Shown here piece after piece: positions 27,356 through 36,596 of a stretch of DNA of 64,000 bases; position 1 is the first letter of the stretch, and every line of letters starts with the position of its first letter. This DNA comes from an uncultured Eubacteriales bacterium (GTDB lineage: Bacteria > Bacillota > Clostridia > Oscillospirales > CAG-272): assembly GCA_934796165.1 (NCBI GenBank), contig CAKVOU010000001.1:78752-142751 (forward strand). The letters run 5' to 3'. Position numbers and translations under genes: made by a program. Under the pieces are notes generated by a model. It ran no database searches and was not told the origin of the DNA. It worked only from the letters and a program-made list of their open reading frames with translations.

Positions 27356-27385
27356 AAGCCGCCCTCCGGGCGGCTTTTGTTTTTT
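27356..27385 (+). terminator. rho-independent terminator
   Basis: AAGCCGCCC-tcc-GGGCGGCTT followed by TTTGTTTTTT. Confidence 0.7.
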
Positions 27386-27420
27386 GGGTGAGAAATTCAG
27401 ACTGCCCGCCGCTCCGGGCG

Positions 27421-27897
27421 ACTTCCGCCGTGCTTGCACGGCTGTTCCGCCGCTCTCGGGCGACTTTCGCTCCCCGTCCCGGCAACTCCGGCGCCGGGGC
27501 GGGGAACTTCCGCCGCCCTCCGGCTTGATTTCTCCGTCTTAAAAACTTCCGTCGTGCCTGCACGCTTTCCCGCCGCCCTCGGGCGACTTCCGCTCCCCGT
27601 CCCGGCAACTCCGGCGCCGGGGCGGGGTACTTCCGCCGCCCTCGGGCTTGATTTCTCCGTCTTGAAAAATTTCCGCCGTGCTTGCACGGCTGTTCCGCCG
27701 CTCTCGGGCGACTTCCGCTCCCCGTCCCGGCAACTCCGGCGCCGGGGCGGGGTACTTCCGCCGCCCTCGGGCATGATTTCTCCGTCTTGAAAAATTTTCG
27801 CCGTACCTGCACGCTTTCCCGCCGCCTCGGGCGACTTCCGCTCCCCACCCCGGCAACTCCGGCGCCGGGGCGGGGTACTTCCGCCGCTCTCGGGCGG
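27421..27897. repeat. non-coding tandem array, 4 x ~124 bp (248-bp higher-order period)
   Basis: Units start at 27421, 27545, 27669 and ~27793 (the last is truncated). Units 1/3 and 2/4 are pairwise more similar. Each carries a 12-bp GC hairpin CCCCGTCCCGGC-aactccggc-GCCGGGGCGGGG and several (A/T)(C/T)TTCCGC(C/T) cores. Confidence 0.9.
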
Positions 27898-28116
27898 TTC
27901 CCCGGAATCCAGCACAACATTCCCGCGTCTGCCAATCCTGTTTTGCGCCTCCGTACCGTCAATACGTATTACATCTCCGATTCTATCTCATAATAAGAAG
28001 CATCCGCCGAAAGCCAATTGCTTCCGCTCCATTCCGGGCACCCCCCGCCGGTCTCCGAAATTTGCACTCGAAGTGCAGAGTTAACAAAAAATTCATAACT
28101 AAATTTGCAAAAACTA

Positions 28117-28145
28117 TTGACAAAGGGGGTGAAACGGGGTATATT
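28117..28145 (+). promoter_or_regulatory. sigma-A promoter of the hrcA operon
   Basis: TTGACA (28117-28122), 17 nt, TATATT (28140-28145). Immediately upstream of CIRCE. Confidence 0.6.
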
Positions 28146-28156
28146 TATATCAAAGA

Positions 28157-28183
28157 TTAGCACTTGATGCTTTTGAGTGCTAA
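28157..28183 (+). promoter_or_regulatory. CIRCE operator (HrcA binding site)
   Basis: TTAGCACTT-GATGCTTTT-GAGTGCTAA matches the TTAGCACTC-N9-GAGTGCTAA consensus with one mismatch. Confidence 0.9.
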
Positions 28184-28220
28184 TTTTAAAGCAAAAAAAT
28201 CAGAAAAGGAGGAATGCGGA

Positions 28221-29318
28221 ATGAGTAACGCGTCGAAGGATCCGAAAGAATTCAGCGAACTGAGCGAACGTAAAAAGCTGATCCTCAAGTCCATCGTCGA
28301 AGCACATATCGCCGAAGGCGAACCGGTCGGTTCCAAATATCTGATCGAGAATAACCGTCAGCTCACCTGCTCCTCCGCAACCATCCGCAATGAAATGGCG
28401 GAGCTGGAGGCAATGGGGTATCTGGAACAGCCGCATACCTCTGCCGGACGTGTGCCGAGCGAAAGAGGCTACCGGCTCTACATTGATTCCCTCATCGAGC
28501 GTTATGCCATGACCGCGTCGGAGATCACGGAAATCAACCGTCTGCTCCGTTCCAAGGTCAGCGAGCTTGACCAGATCCTGGCGCTTGCGTCCAAGCTTGC
28601 GTCGTCGCTCACGGATTACGCGGGAATCGCGGTCAAGCCGAAACGCCGGATGGTACAGATCGAAAAATTCGAGCTGATCTTTATGGATCCCACGACTTCG
28701 GTGCTGGTGGCAGTGCCTGCCGAGGGTTCCATCAAGACCAAGAACGTCCGTTTCCCGGAGAACACCGACACGGTAGCAACCGCGCACTTGGCAACGCTTC
28801 TGAATCAGGAGCTGTCGGGACTGTCCGCCGAGGAGATCACGCTTCCGGTCATCATGAAACTGGAAAACGAGATGGGCGACAACGCGTCGATGGTCAATCC
28901 GGTCATCAAGACCGTTTATGAGATTCTGAAGGAGCTGGATGACGGCGACCTCAAGGTCAGCGGCATCGACCGCCTGCTCAATTATCCCGAATACAGTAAC
29001 ACCGAACAGCTGAAAAAGGTGCTCGGCGCGATCGAGGATCAGGACGAGATCGTCAATCTGGTCAGTAAGGAAGAAGAAAAGGACACCAACATCCCGTCGG
29101 GCGAAAGCTCGGTGAAGGTCATGGACAATTCCGCGATCGTATACCGGCAGATCATGAAGGACGGACACACGGTCGGCGCAATCGGCGTGATCGGACCCTT
29201 ACGTATGGACTACGCAAAGGTGCTGGCGACGCTTGATGAATTGAGCGGGAACATCGAAACCATGATCAGCGGCGATGACAAGAAACTCTTAAGTGGAGGT
29301 GGGGAACAGAATGGATAG
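28221..29318 (+). CDS. hrcA: heat-inducible transcription repressor HrcA
   Basis: ORF 28164-29318. Preferred start is ATG 28221 after AAGGAGG. Sequence reads LSERKKLILKSIVEAHIAEGEPVGSKYL... Confidence 0.95.
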   Translation: MSNASKDPKEFSELSERKKLILKSIVEAHIAEGEPVGSKYLIENNRQLTCSSATIRNEMAELEAMGYLEQPHTSAGRVPSERGYRLYIDSLIERYAMTASEITEINRLLRSKVSELDQILALASKLASSLTDYAGIAVKPKRRMVQIEKFELIFMDPTTSVLVAVPAEGSIKTKNVRFPENTDTVATAHLATLLNQELSGLSAEEITLPVIMKLENEMGDNASMVNPVIKTVYEILKELDDGDLKVSGIDRLLNYPEYSNTEQLKKVLGAIEDQDEIVNLVSKEEEKDTNIPSGESSVKVMDNSAIVYRQIMKDGHTVGAIGVIGPLRMDYAKVLATLDELSGNIETMISGDDKKLLSGGGEQNG

Positions 29319-29922
29319 TGCAGAGATGAAAAAAGAGGAACCCGGAACCGGTACGGAGAATGCGGTACAGGAAAAGACCGCATCCCGGGAGGTCCCGGAA
29401 AACGATAAGAAAGCTGAGGAGACGGAGGAAACGGAACCCAAAGCAGAGAAAAAGAAGATCCGGCATCTGGAAACCGAGCTTGCGGAAGCAAGAAAGAAAC
29501 TGGAAAGTGCCGAAGCCGGACTGAAAGAAGAAAAAGACAAATATATGCGTATGATTGCGGAATACGACAACTTCCGCAAACGCACGCAGAAGGAAAAGGA
29601 AAACACCTACGCCGATGCTTACGCCGATGCGGTCAACGCGATCCTGCCCGTTCTTGACAATCTGGAAAGAGCAGAGCAGTACGACGACCCGGAAGCGGTC
29701 AAGAAAGGCGTTTCCATGACGCTGAAGGCGGCGAAGGATACGTTCACCAAGCTCGGAATCACCGAGATCGAGACAAAGACCTTCGACCCGAACCTGCACA
29801 ACGCCGTCATGCATATCGAGGACGATCAGCTCGGTGAGGGCGAGATCGTCGAGGTGCTCCAGAAGGGGTACCGCAAGGGCGACAAGATCATCCGCTATGC
29901 GATGGTCAAGGTCGCAAACTAA
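29311..29922 (+). CDS. grpE: nucleotide exchange factor GrpE
   Basis: ORF 29293-29922. Preferred start is ATG 29311 after GGAGGTGG. Contains AEYDNFRKRTQKE and a C-terminal GrpE core. Confidence 0.9.
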   Translation: MDSAEMKKEEPGTGTENAVQEKTASREVPENDKKAEETEETEPKAEKKKIRHLETELAEARKKLESAEAGLKEEKDKYMRMIAEYDNFRKRTQKEKENTYADAYADAVNAILPVLDNLERAEQYDDPEAVKKGVSMTLKAAKDTFTKLGITEIETKTFDPNLHNAVMHIEDDQLGEGEIVEVLQKGYRKGDKIIRYAMVKVAN

Positions 29923-29961
29923 AATAAATTCTGTAAATTGATTCAAAGGAGATAAATTACT

Positions 29962-31806
29962 ATGGGAAAGATTATTGGTATTGACCTTGGCACGACCAAC
30001 TCGTGCGTTGCTGTATATGAAGGCTCTGAGCCGATCGTGATTCCGAACCCCGAAGGGGCAAGAACCACTCCGTCCGTCGTCGCATTCTCCAAGACCGGTG
30101 AGAGAATGGTCGGTCAGGTTGCAAAGCGTCAGGCGATCACCAACCCTGACAGAACCATTGCTTCCATCAAGAGAAAGATGGGTACTGCGGAAAAGGTGAC
30201 CATCGACGGCAAGTCCTACACACCTCAGGAAATTTCCGCAATGATCCTGCAGAAGCTGAAATCCGACGCGGAAGCTTACCTCGGCACGCCTGTCACGCAG
30301 GCTGTCATCACCGTTCCTGCATACTTCTCCGACGCACAGCGTCAGGCAACCAAGGACGCAGGCAAGATTGCGGGTCTTGAAGTGCTCCGTATTATCAACG
30401 AGCCGACCGCAGCCGCACTTGCTTACGGCATGGATAAGGAAAACAACCAGAAGATCATGGTGTTCGACCTCGGCGGCGGTACGTTCGATGTCTCCATCCT
30501 GGAGATTTCCGACGGCGTGTTTGAGGTGCTTGCCACCAACGGTGATACCCACCTCGGCGGCGATGACTTCGACCAGCGCCTGATCGACTGGATGGCAAAC
30601 AAGTTCCAGCAGGAGCACGGCATCGACCTCCGCAAGGACAAGATGGTGCTTCAGAGACTCAAGGATGCCGCAGAAAAGGCAAAGATCGAGCTGTCCGGTA
30701 TGACCACCACCAGCATCAACCTGCCCTTCATCACTGCAACCGCAGAAGGACCTCTGCATTTCGAAGCAACGCTCACCCGGGCGGAATTTGATTCGCTCAC
30801 CGCAGACCTCGTCGAGCGTGCAATGGTGCCGACCAAGAAGGCACTGGCAGACGCAGGACTGAACGTCAACCAGATCGACAAGATCCTGCTCGTCGGCGGT
30901 TCCACGAGAATCCCCGCCGTTCAGGAAGCGGTCAAGAAGTTCAGCGGCAAGGAGCCCTTCAAGGGCATCAACCCCGACGAATGTGTCGCAGTCGGTGCGG
31001 CAATTCAGGCAGGCGTCCTCGGCGGCGAAGTCAAGGATCTGCTTCTGCTTGACGTCACGCCTCTGTCCCTCGGCATCGAGACGCTCGGCGGCGTGTTCAA
31101 TAAGATCATCGACCGTAACACGACCATCCCGGTCAAGAAGAGCCAGGTTTACTCCACCGCAGCTGACGGACAGACCTCTGTTGAGATTCATGTCCTGCAG
31201 GGCGAACGGGAAATGGCAGCCGGCAACACGACGCTCGGCAGATTCATCCTCGACGGCATCGCTCCCGCTCCCCGCGGAGTTCCGCAGATCGAAGTCACCT
31301 TCGATATCGACGCAAACGGTATCGTCAACGTGACCGCGCAGGATAAGGGCACCGGCAAGGAACAGCACATCACCATCACCTCTTCCACCAATATGTCCAA
31401 GGAAGACATTGATAAGGCAGTCAAGGAAGCAGAGAAGTTCGCGGCAGAGGACAAGGCGGCAAAGGAAGCCGTTGATGTCAAGAACCGTGCGGAATCCCTG
31501 ATCTTCCAGTCCGAGAAGACGCTCGGCGAGATCGGCGATAAGGTTTCCGAGGACGAAAAGGCTCCCGTCAAGGCGGCAATCGACAAGCTGAAAGAAACCG
31601 TCAAGGGCAGCGACACCGCGGCAATCAAGGCGGACACCGAAGCTCTGGAGCAGGCGTTCTACAAGATTTCCGAAAAGCTCTACCAGCAGAACGCGGGCGA
31701 CGCGAATGCAAACCCGAACGGTGGAGCCGGTAACGGTGAGGGCGGTCAGAACGGCGGCGACGGCACCTATTACAACGCGGATTTCGAGGATCACAGCAAG
31801 CAGTAA
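29962..31806 (+). CDS. dnaK: molecular chaperone DnaK
   Basis: 614 aa, [17 protein letters not shown]...[12 protein letters not shown]..., canonical Hsp70. Confidence 0.98.
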   Translation: MGKIIGIDLGTTNSCVAVYEGSEPIVIPNPEGARTTPSVVAFSKTGERMVGQVAKRQAITNPDRTIASIKRKMGTAEKVTIDGKSYTPQEISAMILQKLKSDAEAYLGTPVTQAVITVPAYFSDAQRQATKDAGKIAGLEVLRIINEPTAAALAYGMDKENNQKIMVFDLGGGTFDVSILEISDGVFEVLATNGDTHLGGDDFDQRLIDWMANKFQQEHGIDLRKDKMVLQRLKDAAEKAKIELSGMTTTSINLPFITATAEGPLHFEATLTRAEFDSLTADLVERAMVPTKKALADAGLNVNQIDKILLVGGSTRIPAVQEAVKKFSGKEPFKGINPDECVAVGAAIQAGVLGGEVKDLLLLDVTPLSLGIETLGGVFNKIIDRNTTIPVKKSQVYSTAADGQTSVEIHVLQGEREMAAGNTTLGRFILDGIAPAPRGVPQIEVTFDIDANGIVNVTAQDKGTGKEQHITITSSTNMSKEDIDKAVKEAEKFAAEDKAAKEAVDVKNRAESLIFQSEKTLGEIGDKVSEDEKAPVKAAIDKLKETVKGSDTAAIKADTEALEQAFYKISEKLYQQNAGDANANPNGGAGNGEGGQNGGDGTYYNADFEDHSKQ

Positions 31807-31963
31807 TGCGGCACTGTGACCGGCAATACGCGGTCAATCACGAAAGCGGGGAAGGGACTCTGTGCCCTTTCCCGCAAAGGGCGTTTTATCGGGAATCGGA
31901 AACGGCGCGAAAAAAGCCGCGTCGCTTCCCATTTCCGATAACAGAAACGAGAGGAACAAATTC

Positions 31964-33094
31964 ATGGCAGAAAAAAGAGATTATTACGAGGTACTCGGTA
32001 TCGACAAAAGCGCCGATCAGGACGCGATCAAGAAAGCATACCGCACCCTCGCTAAGAAATATCATCCCGATATGAACCCCGGCGACAAAACGGCGGAGGA
32101 AAAATTCAAGGAGATCAACGAGGCGTATGCCGTTTTGTCGGATCCCGACAAGAAGGCAAAGTACGACCAGTTCGGTCATGCGGCGTTCGATCCCTCAGCC
32201 GGTGCGGGATACGGCGGACAGGGCTTCTCCGGATTCGGCGATTTCGGCGGATTCGGCGACATTTTCAGCGACATCTTCGGCGGCGCGTTTGGCGGGGGCG
32301 GTTCCCGCTCCTCGGCGCGGAACGCCCCGATGCAGGGTGACGATCTGTCCATCCGCATGACCATCACCTTTGAGGAAGCGGTCTTCGGCGTCAAAAAGGA
32401 CATCCGTTACCACAGGGTCGCAAAGTGCCCCGATTGCGGCGGCAGCGGCGCGGAAAAGGGAACCCAGGCGCAGACCTGCCCCGACTGCGGCGGCTCCGGT
32501 CAGAAGCGGATCACCCAGCGGATGGGCGGAATGCAGTTCCAGTCCACCGTGACCTGTAATACCTGCGGCGGCACGGGACGTATCATCAAGAGCCGTTGCA
32601 AAAAGTGCGGCGGCAGCGGCACCGTCCAGGAGGAAAAGAAGCTGACGGTTTCCATTCCCGCAGGCATCGACGACGGCGAGCGCATCGCACTCCGCGGTCA
32701 GGGCTGTGACGGACGCAACGGCGGTCCTGCCGGTGACCTGATCATCACGGTCAGCGTGCGCCCGAGCTCCACCTTCCGCCGCGACGGCTACAACCTCTAT
32801 TGCGAGGTACCCCTCACGGTCGCGGAAGCAACGCTCGGCGCAGAGATCGACGTTCCCACGCTCGAGGGAACGACCAAATACACAGTTCCCGAGGGAACAC
32901 AGCCCGGTGCAGTCTTCACCCTGCGAGGCAAGGGCGTGCCTTATGTCAATTCGTCCCGCCGCGGTGACCTGATCTTCACCGCGAGCGTGAAGATCCCCAA
33001 GGGTCTGAACGAAAAGCAGAAGGCGGCAATGCGTGCGTTTGACGAAGCGTGCGGCGGCAGTAACGCAAAGAAAAGCAAATTCTTCAAGAAGTAA
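31964..33094 (+). CDS. dnaJ: molecular chaperone DnaJ
   Basis: ORF 31862-33094. Preferred start is ATG 31964 (MAEKRDYYEVLGI). J-domain HPD, G/F-rich region and four CxxCxGxG zinc motifs. Confidence 0.95.
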   Translation: MAEKRDYYEVLGIDKSADQDAIKKAYRTLAKKYHPDMNPGDKTAEEKFKEINEAYAVLSDPDKKAKYDQFGHAAFDPSAGAGYGGQGFSGFGDFGGFGDIFSDIFGGAFGGGGSRSSARNAPMQGDDLSIRMTITFEEAVFGVKKDIRYHRVAKCPDCGGSGAEKGTQAQTCPDCGGSGQKRITQRMGGMQFQSTVTCNTCGGTGRIIKSRCKKCGGSGTVQEEKKLTVSIPAGIDDGERIALRGQGCDGRNGGPAGDLIITVSVRPSSTFRRDGYNLYCEVPLTVAEATLGAEIDVPTLEGTTKYTVPEGTQPGAVFTLRGKGVPYVNSSRRGDLIFTASVKIPKGLNEKQKAAMRAFDEACGGSNAKKSKFFKK

Positions 33095-33195
33095 CGGGGA
33101 AGAGAGAAGGATCGGTTCCGGCGGTTTTTGAGGATGACGAAGACGGGAAAAACTTCGCGTGCCGGAACGCGGTTCCTTGAACGGGAGGTGAACGC

Positions 33196-34005
33196 ATGGA
33201 ATACATTTCGACAGACGGGCTGATCGTGTCTGTCCGCGACAGCGGAGAAAACGACCGTCTCATTTCCATGCTGACCCCGACGCTCGGCAGAATCCGCGTG
33301 ACCGTCAAGGGCGGCAGATCCATCCGCGGCGGGCAGAGCGCCGTCACCCAGCTTTTTACCTACGGAAATTTTGAACTGACCAAAAGAAACGGTTTTTACA
33401 GCTTCCGCGGCGGCGTTGCGGAGCGGGTGTTTTTCCCGTTCCGCACTCCCGTGGAAGACAGCGCGCTTATGTATTACCTCTCCGAGATCGCCTCGGAGGT
33501 GACCGACGAAAACGAGCCGGCGGACGAGGTCATGCGGATGTTGCTCAACGCGCTGTATCTTCTTTACGGCGAAGCGGAGGTTAACCCGCGTGACCCGCGC
33601 CTTGTCAAGGCGGCGTTTGAAATTCGCGCGGCGACGCTTGCGGGATACGCCCCCGAGGTAACGCCGGATTGCGCCGAATGCGGCGGGGAATCGGACGTGT
33701 ATTTCCTCGACGTGGACAACGGACGGGTGCTATGCCCCGCCTGCGTCGCGCGGCTGGGGCAGAACGTCCCGCTTCCCACAGAGGATGACCGACGGGTGCA
33801 GAATGTCTTCTGCCGCATGAGTGCGTCCACGCTTGCAGCGCTTGCGTATGTCTCCACAGCGCCGCAGAAACGGCTGTATTCCTTTTCACTCCCCGATGAG
33901 CAGGATGTGAAGGAGTTTTCCAAACTCGCGGAAACATACCTGCTTCACCACCTTGACCGCAGGTTTCCGACGCTGGATTTCTACAAATCCATCACGTCAG
34001 TCTGA
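33196..34005 (+). CDS. recO: DNA repair protein RecO
   Basis: 269 aa. N-terminal OB-fold-like segment (GLIVSVRDSGENDRLISMLTP) and zinc motif CAECG...CPAC. Confidence 0.85.
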   Translation: MEYISTDGLIVSVRDSGENDRLISMLTPTLGRIRVTVKGGRSIRGGQSAVTQLFTYGNFELTKRNGFYSFRGGVAERVFFPFRTPVEDSALMYYLSEIASEVTDENEPADEVMRMLLNALYLLYGEAEVNPRDPRLVKAAFEIRAATLAGYAPEVTPDCAECGGESDVYFLDVDNGRVLCPACVARLGQNVPLPTEDDRRVQNVFCRMSASTLAALAYVSTAPQKRLYSFSLPDEQDVKEFSKLAETYLLHHLDRRFPTLDFYKSITSV

Positions 34006-34072
34006 TCCGGGATCGGTTCCGGCGGCGCGAAAGAATATCAGTCAACAACCATCTTGAAAATGAAAGGTTCCT

Positions 34073-36466
34073 ATGAATATTACAGGAAAAACACTGCACA
34101 CACTGGAATTCGATAAAATTCTCGAAATGCTTGCCGATTGTGCCATGACCGAAGGCGCAAAGGAGCAGGCACTTCTCCTCACTCCCTCCGACGACCCGGA
34201 GACGGTGGAGAAGAGACTCAGGCGTACCTCGGACGCGCGACGGCTTGCCGACGCAAAGGGTACGCCTTCTTTCGGTATGGTGACGGATGTTTCCGCCGCC
34301 TGCGAACGCGCGGACAAGGGCGCGGCGCTGACCCCGAAGGAACTGCTTGCCGTGGCGGCAGTCTTCCGCACCGCAAGAGGGCTTCTCGATTACGGAAAGG
34401 TCAACCGCACATTTGCGTCGTCGCTTGATGAGATTTTTGACCGCCTGATCCCCAACCGTTACCTGGAGGATCGCATCACGCGCTCCATTCTGGCGGAGGA
34501 TATGATCGCCGACGAAGCAAGTACGACGCTTGCAGACATCCGCAGAAAGATCCGCGCGGAGAACAGCCACATCAAGGACTCGCTCCAGAAGTACGTGACC
34601 TCCGGGGCATACTCCAAGTATCTTCAGGAAAATATCGTAACAACGAGAGACGGACGTTACGTTATCCCGGTCAAAGCGGAGCACCGCAACGAGGTCAAGG
34701 GACTGGTACACGACACCTCTTCCACGGGTGCGACACTCTTTATCGAGCCGCTTGCCGTGGTCGAGGCGAACAACCGCCTCAGGGAGCTCGGCGCCAAGGA
34801 AGCGCATGAGATTGAGCGGATCCTGCATGAGATCTCCGCCGAGGTCTCGGTGCATTCCGGCGAACTTCTTCTGGATTATCACAACATCACCGAGCTTGCT
34901 CTCATCTTTGCAAAGGCGGAATTGTCCTCGCGGATGAAGGCGACGGAACCGGTTCTCTCCGATGACCGTTCCGTTTGTCTGCACAAGGCGCGCCACCCCC
35001 TCATTGACCGGAACAAGGTCGTTCCGGTGGATGTCGCCATCGGCGGCGATTACGATACGCTTGTCATCACGGGCCCGAATACCGGCGGTAAAACCGTTAC
35101 GCTCAAAACGCTGGGACTTTTCGCCCTCATGACACAGGCGGGACTGCATATCCCCGCCGAAGAGCCGTCAAACCTTTGTATCTTTGACGACGTGCTTGCC
35201 GACATCGGGGACGAGCAGAGCATTGAGCAGTCACTGTCCACCTTCTCGTCGCACATGACCAACATCGTCTCGCTGCTTGACCGCGTGAATGCCCGTTCGC
35301 TGGTTCTTTTTGACGAGCTTGGCGGCGGTACCGACCCCGTGGAGGGCGCGGCGCTTGCCGTTTCCATCATCGAAGCGGTCAGAGAGAAGGGCGCCATGTG
35401 CGCCGCGACGACCCACTACGCCGAACTCAAGGAATACGCGCTTGACACCGAGGGTGTCTGCAACGCATCGTGCGAATTCGACGTGGAAACGCTACGCCCG
35501 ACCTATCGCCTGATCATCGGCACGCCGGGTAAGTCCAACGCGTTTGCCATTTCCGAGCGGCTGGGGCTTCCCGCCGCGATCGTGGAGAGCGCGCGCGGAT
35601 ACGTCAGCGGCGACAGCAAGCGCTTTGAGCGCGTCATCGAACAACTGGAAGCCATGCGGCTGGAAATGGACCGCGACAAGCAGGCGGCAGAAAAGTCTCA
35701 CGCGGAATTTGAACGCTACCGCGCCGACGCGGAGAAGACGCTTGCAAAACGGCTCCGCGATTCCGAAACGGAGTTGGAAAAAGCCAGGCAGAAGGCGGCT
35801 TCCATGGTGGAAAGCGCACGGATTTCGAGCGACTATATTTTAGCCGAAATGGACAAGGTACGGAAGGCAAAGGAATCCGAGCGGCTTGCCGAGACCATTG
35901 CCCAAGCCAGAAAAAACGTCCGCGACCACATCCGCGCAAATGAGGACAGCTTCAACCCCGTGGAGGAAGCGGAAAACGACGAGGAATACGTGCTTCCGCG
36001 CCCGCTGGTAAAGGGCGACGAGGTGTATATGACCGACGTCCGCAAACAGGCAACGGTGCTTGCCCCTGCCGATAAAAACGACTGGGTGCAGGTGCAGGTC
36101 GGCTCCTTCAAGACGCGCACCAAACTGAAAAACCTCAAGCTGGTGGAAAAGAAGCCGCAGAAGCCAAAGGAGAAACCCAAGCCCGTCAAGGGCGCCGGGT
36201 ATCATGTGGAAATGGACCGTTCTTTCTCCAACGAGATTGATCTGCGCGGACTGACCGGCGACGAAGCGTGGCAGAGAGTGGACAAATACCTTGACGATGC
36301 AGTCATGTCGGGGCTTTCGGAGGTTCGCCTGATCCACGGAAAGGGAACCGGTGCGCTGAAAAACGCGCTTTGGTTGTACCTGAAGGGCGACCGCCGGATT
36401 TCTTCTTACCGTCTCGGCAGATACGGTGAGGGCGACGGCGGTGTGACGGTCGTGACCATGAAATAA
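34073..36466 (+). CDS. mutS2: endonuclease MutS2
   Basis: 797 aa. Walker A ITGPNTGGKT, MutS domain V and C-terminal Smr domain (IDLRGLTGDEA...LIHGKGTGALK). Confidence 0.92.
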   Translation: MNITGKTLHTLEFDKILEMLADCAMTEGAKEQALLLTPSDDPETVEKRLRRTSDARRLADAKGTPSFGMVTDVSAACERADKGAALTPKELLAVAAVFRTARGLLDYGKVNRTFASSLDEIFDRLIPNRYLEDRITRSILAEDMIADEASTTLADIRRKIRAENSHIKDSLQKYVTSGAYSKYLQENIVTTRDGRYVIPVKAEHRNEVKGLVHDTSSTGATLFIEPLAVVEANNRLRELGAKEAHEIERILHEISAEVSVHSGELLLDYHNITELALIFAKAELSSRMKATEPVLSDDRSVCLHKARHPLIDRNKVVPVDVAIGGDYDTLVITGPNTGGKTVTLKTLGLFALMTQAGLHIPAEEPSNLCIFDDVLADIGDEQSIEQSLSTFSSHMTNIVSLLDRVNARSLVLFDELGGGTDPVEGAALAVSIIEAVREKGAMCAATTHYAELKEYALDTEGVCNASCEFDVETLRPTYRLIIGTPGKSNAFAISERLGLPAAIVESARGYVSGDSKRFERVIEQLEAMRLEMDRDKQAAEKSHAEFERYRADAEKTLAKRLRDSETELEKARQKAASMVESARISSDYILAEMDKVRKAKESERLAETIAQARKNVRDHIRANEDSFNPVEEAENDEEYVLPRPLVKGDEVYMTDVRKQATVLAPADKNDWVQVQVGSFKTRTKLKNLKLVEKKPQKPKEKPKPVKGAGYHVEMDRSFSNEIDLRGLTGDEAWQRVDKYLDDAVMSGLSEVRLIHGKGTGALKNALWLYLKGDRRISSYRLGRYGEGDGGVTVVTMK

Positions 36467-36511
36467 GCGGCCGACGCCCGAAAATCCCCGGAAATATGAA
36501 AAAACAGCAAA

Positions 36512-36547
36512 GAAACGCGCAAGACTATTGCCTGCGCGCTTCTTTTG
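36512..36547 (+). terminator. probable terminator after mutS2
   Basis: GAAaCGCGCA / TGCGCGcTTC stem (one mismatch) with an 11-nt loop, followed by TTTTG. Confidence 0.45.
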
Positions 36548-36556
36548 TGGTACAAT
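36528..36556 (+). promoter_or_regulatory. possible promoter of metY-metA
   Basis: TTGCCT, 17 nt, TACAAT, with TGTGG in the -16 region. Overlaps the preceding hairpin. Confidence 0.4.
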
Positions 36557-36596
36557 ACTATTTATATATCTTGATGTTTCCGGAAGGAGAAATGCT

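Noticed and set aside
27421-27897. Possible CRISPR array (regular repeats in an intergenic region)
   Set aside because: Units are about 124 bp and directly abutting, with no unique spacers between them. There are no cas genes in the window. It is a tandem repeat, not a CRISPR.
26628-27962. 444-aa minus-strand ORF, and the plus-strand ORFs 27434-27790 and 27682-27993
   Set aside because: These are translations of the GC-rich tandem repeat (reiterated PRPGAGVAGTGSGSRPRAAE / ALGRLPLPVPATPAPGRGTSAAL). They have no RBS, and the minus ORF runs antisense through the well-supported lipoprotein gene. They are composition artefacts.
29266-31794. 842-aa minus-strand ORF
   Set aside because: Antisense shadow of grpE/dnaK. 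DnaK on the plus strand is unambiguous.
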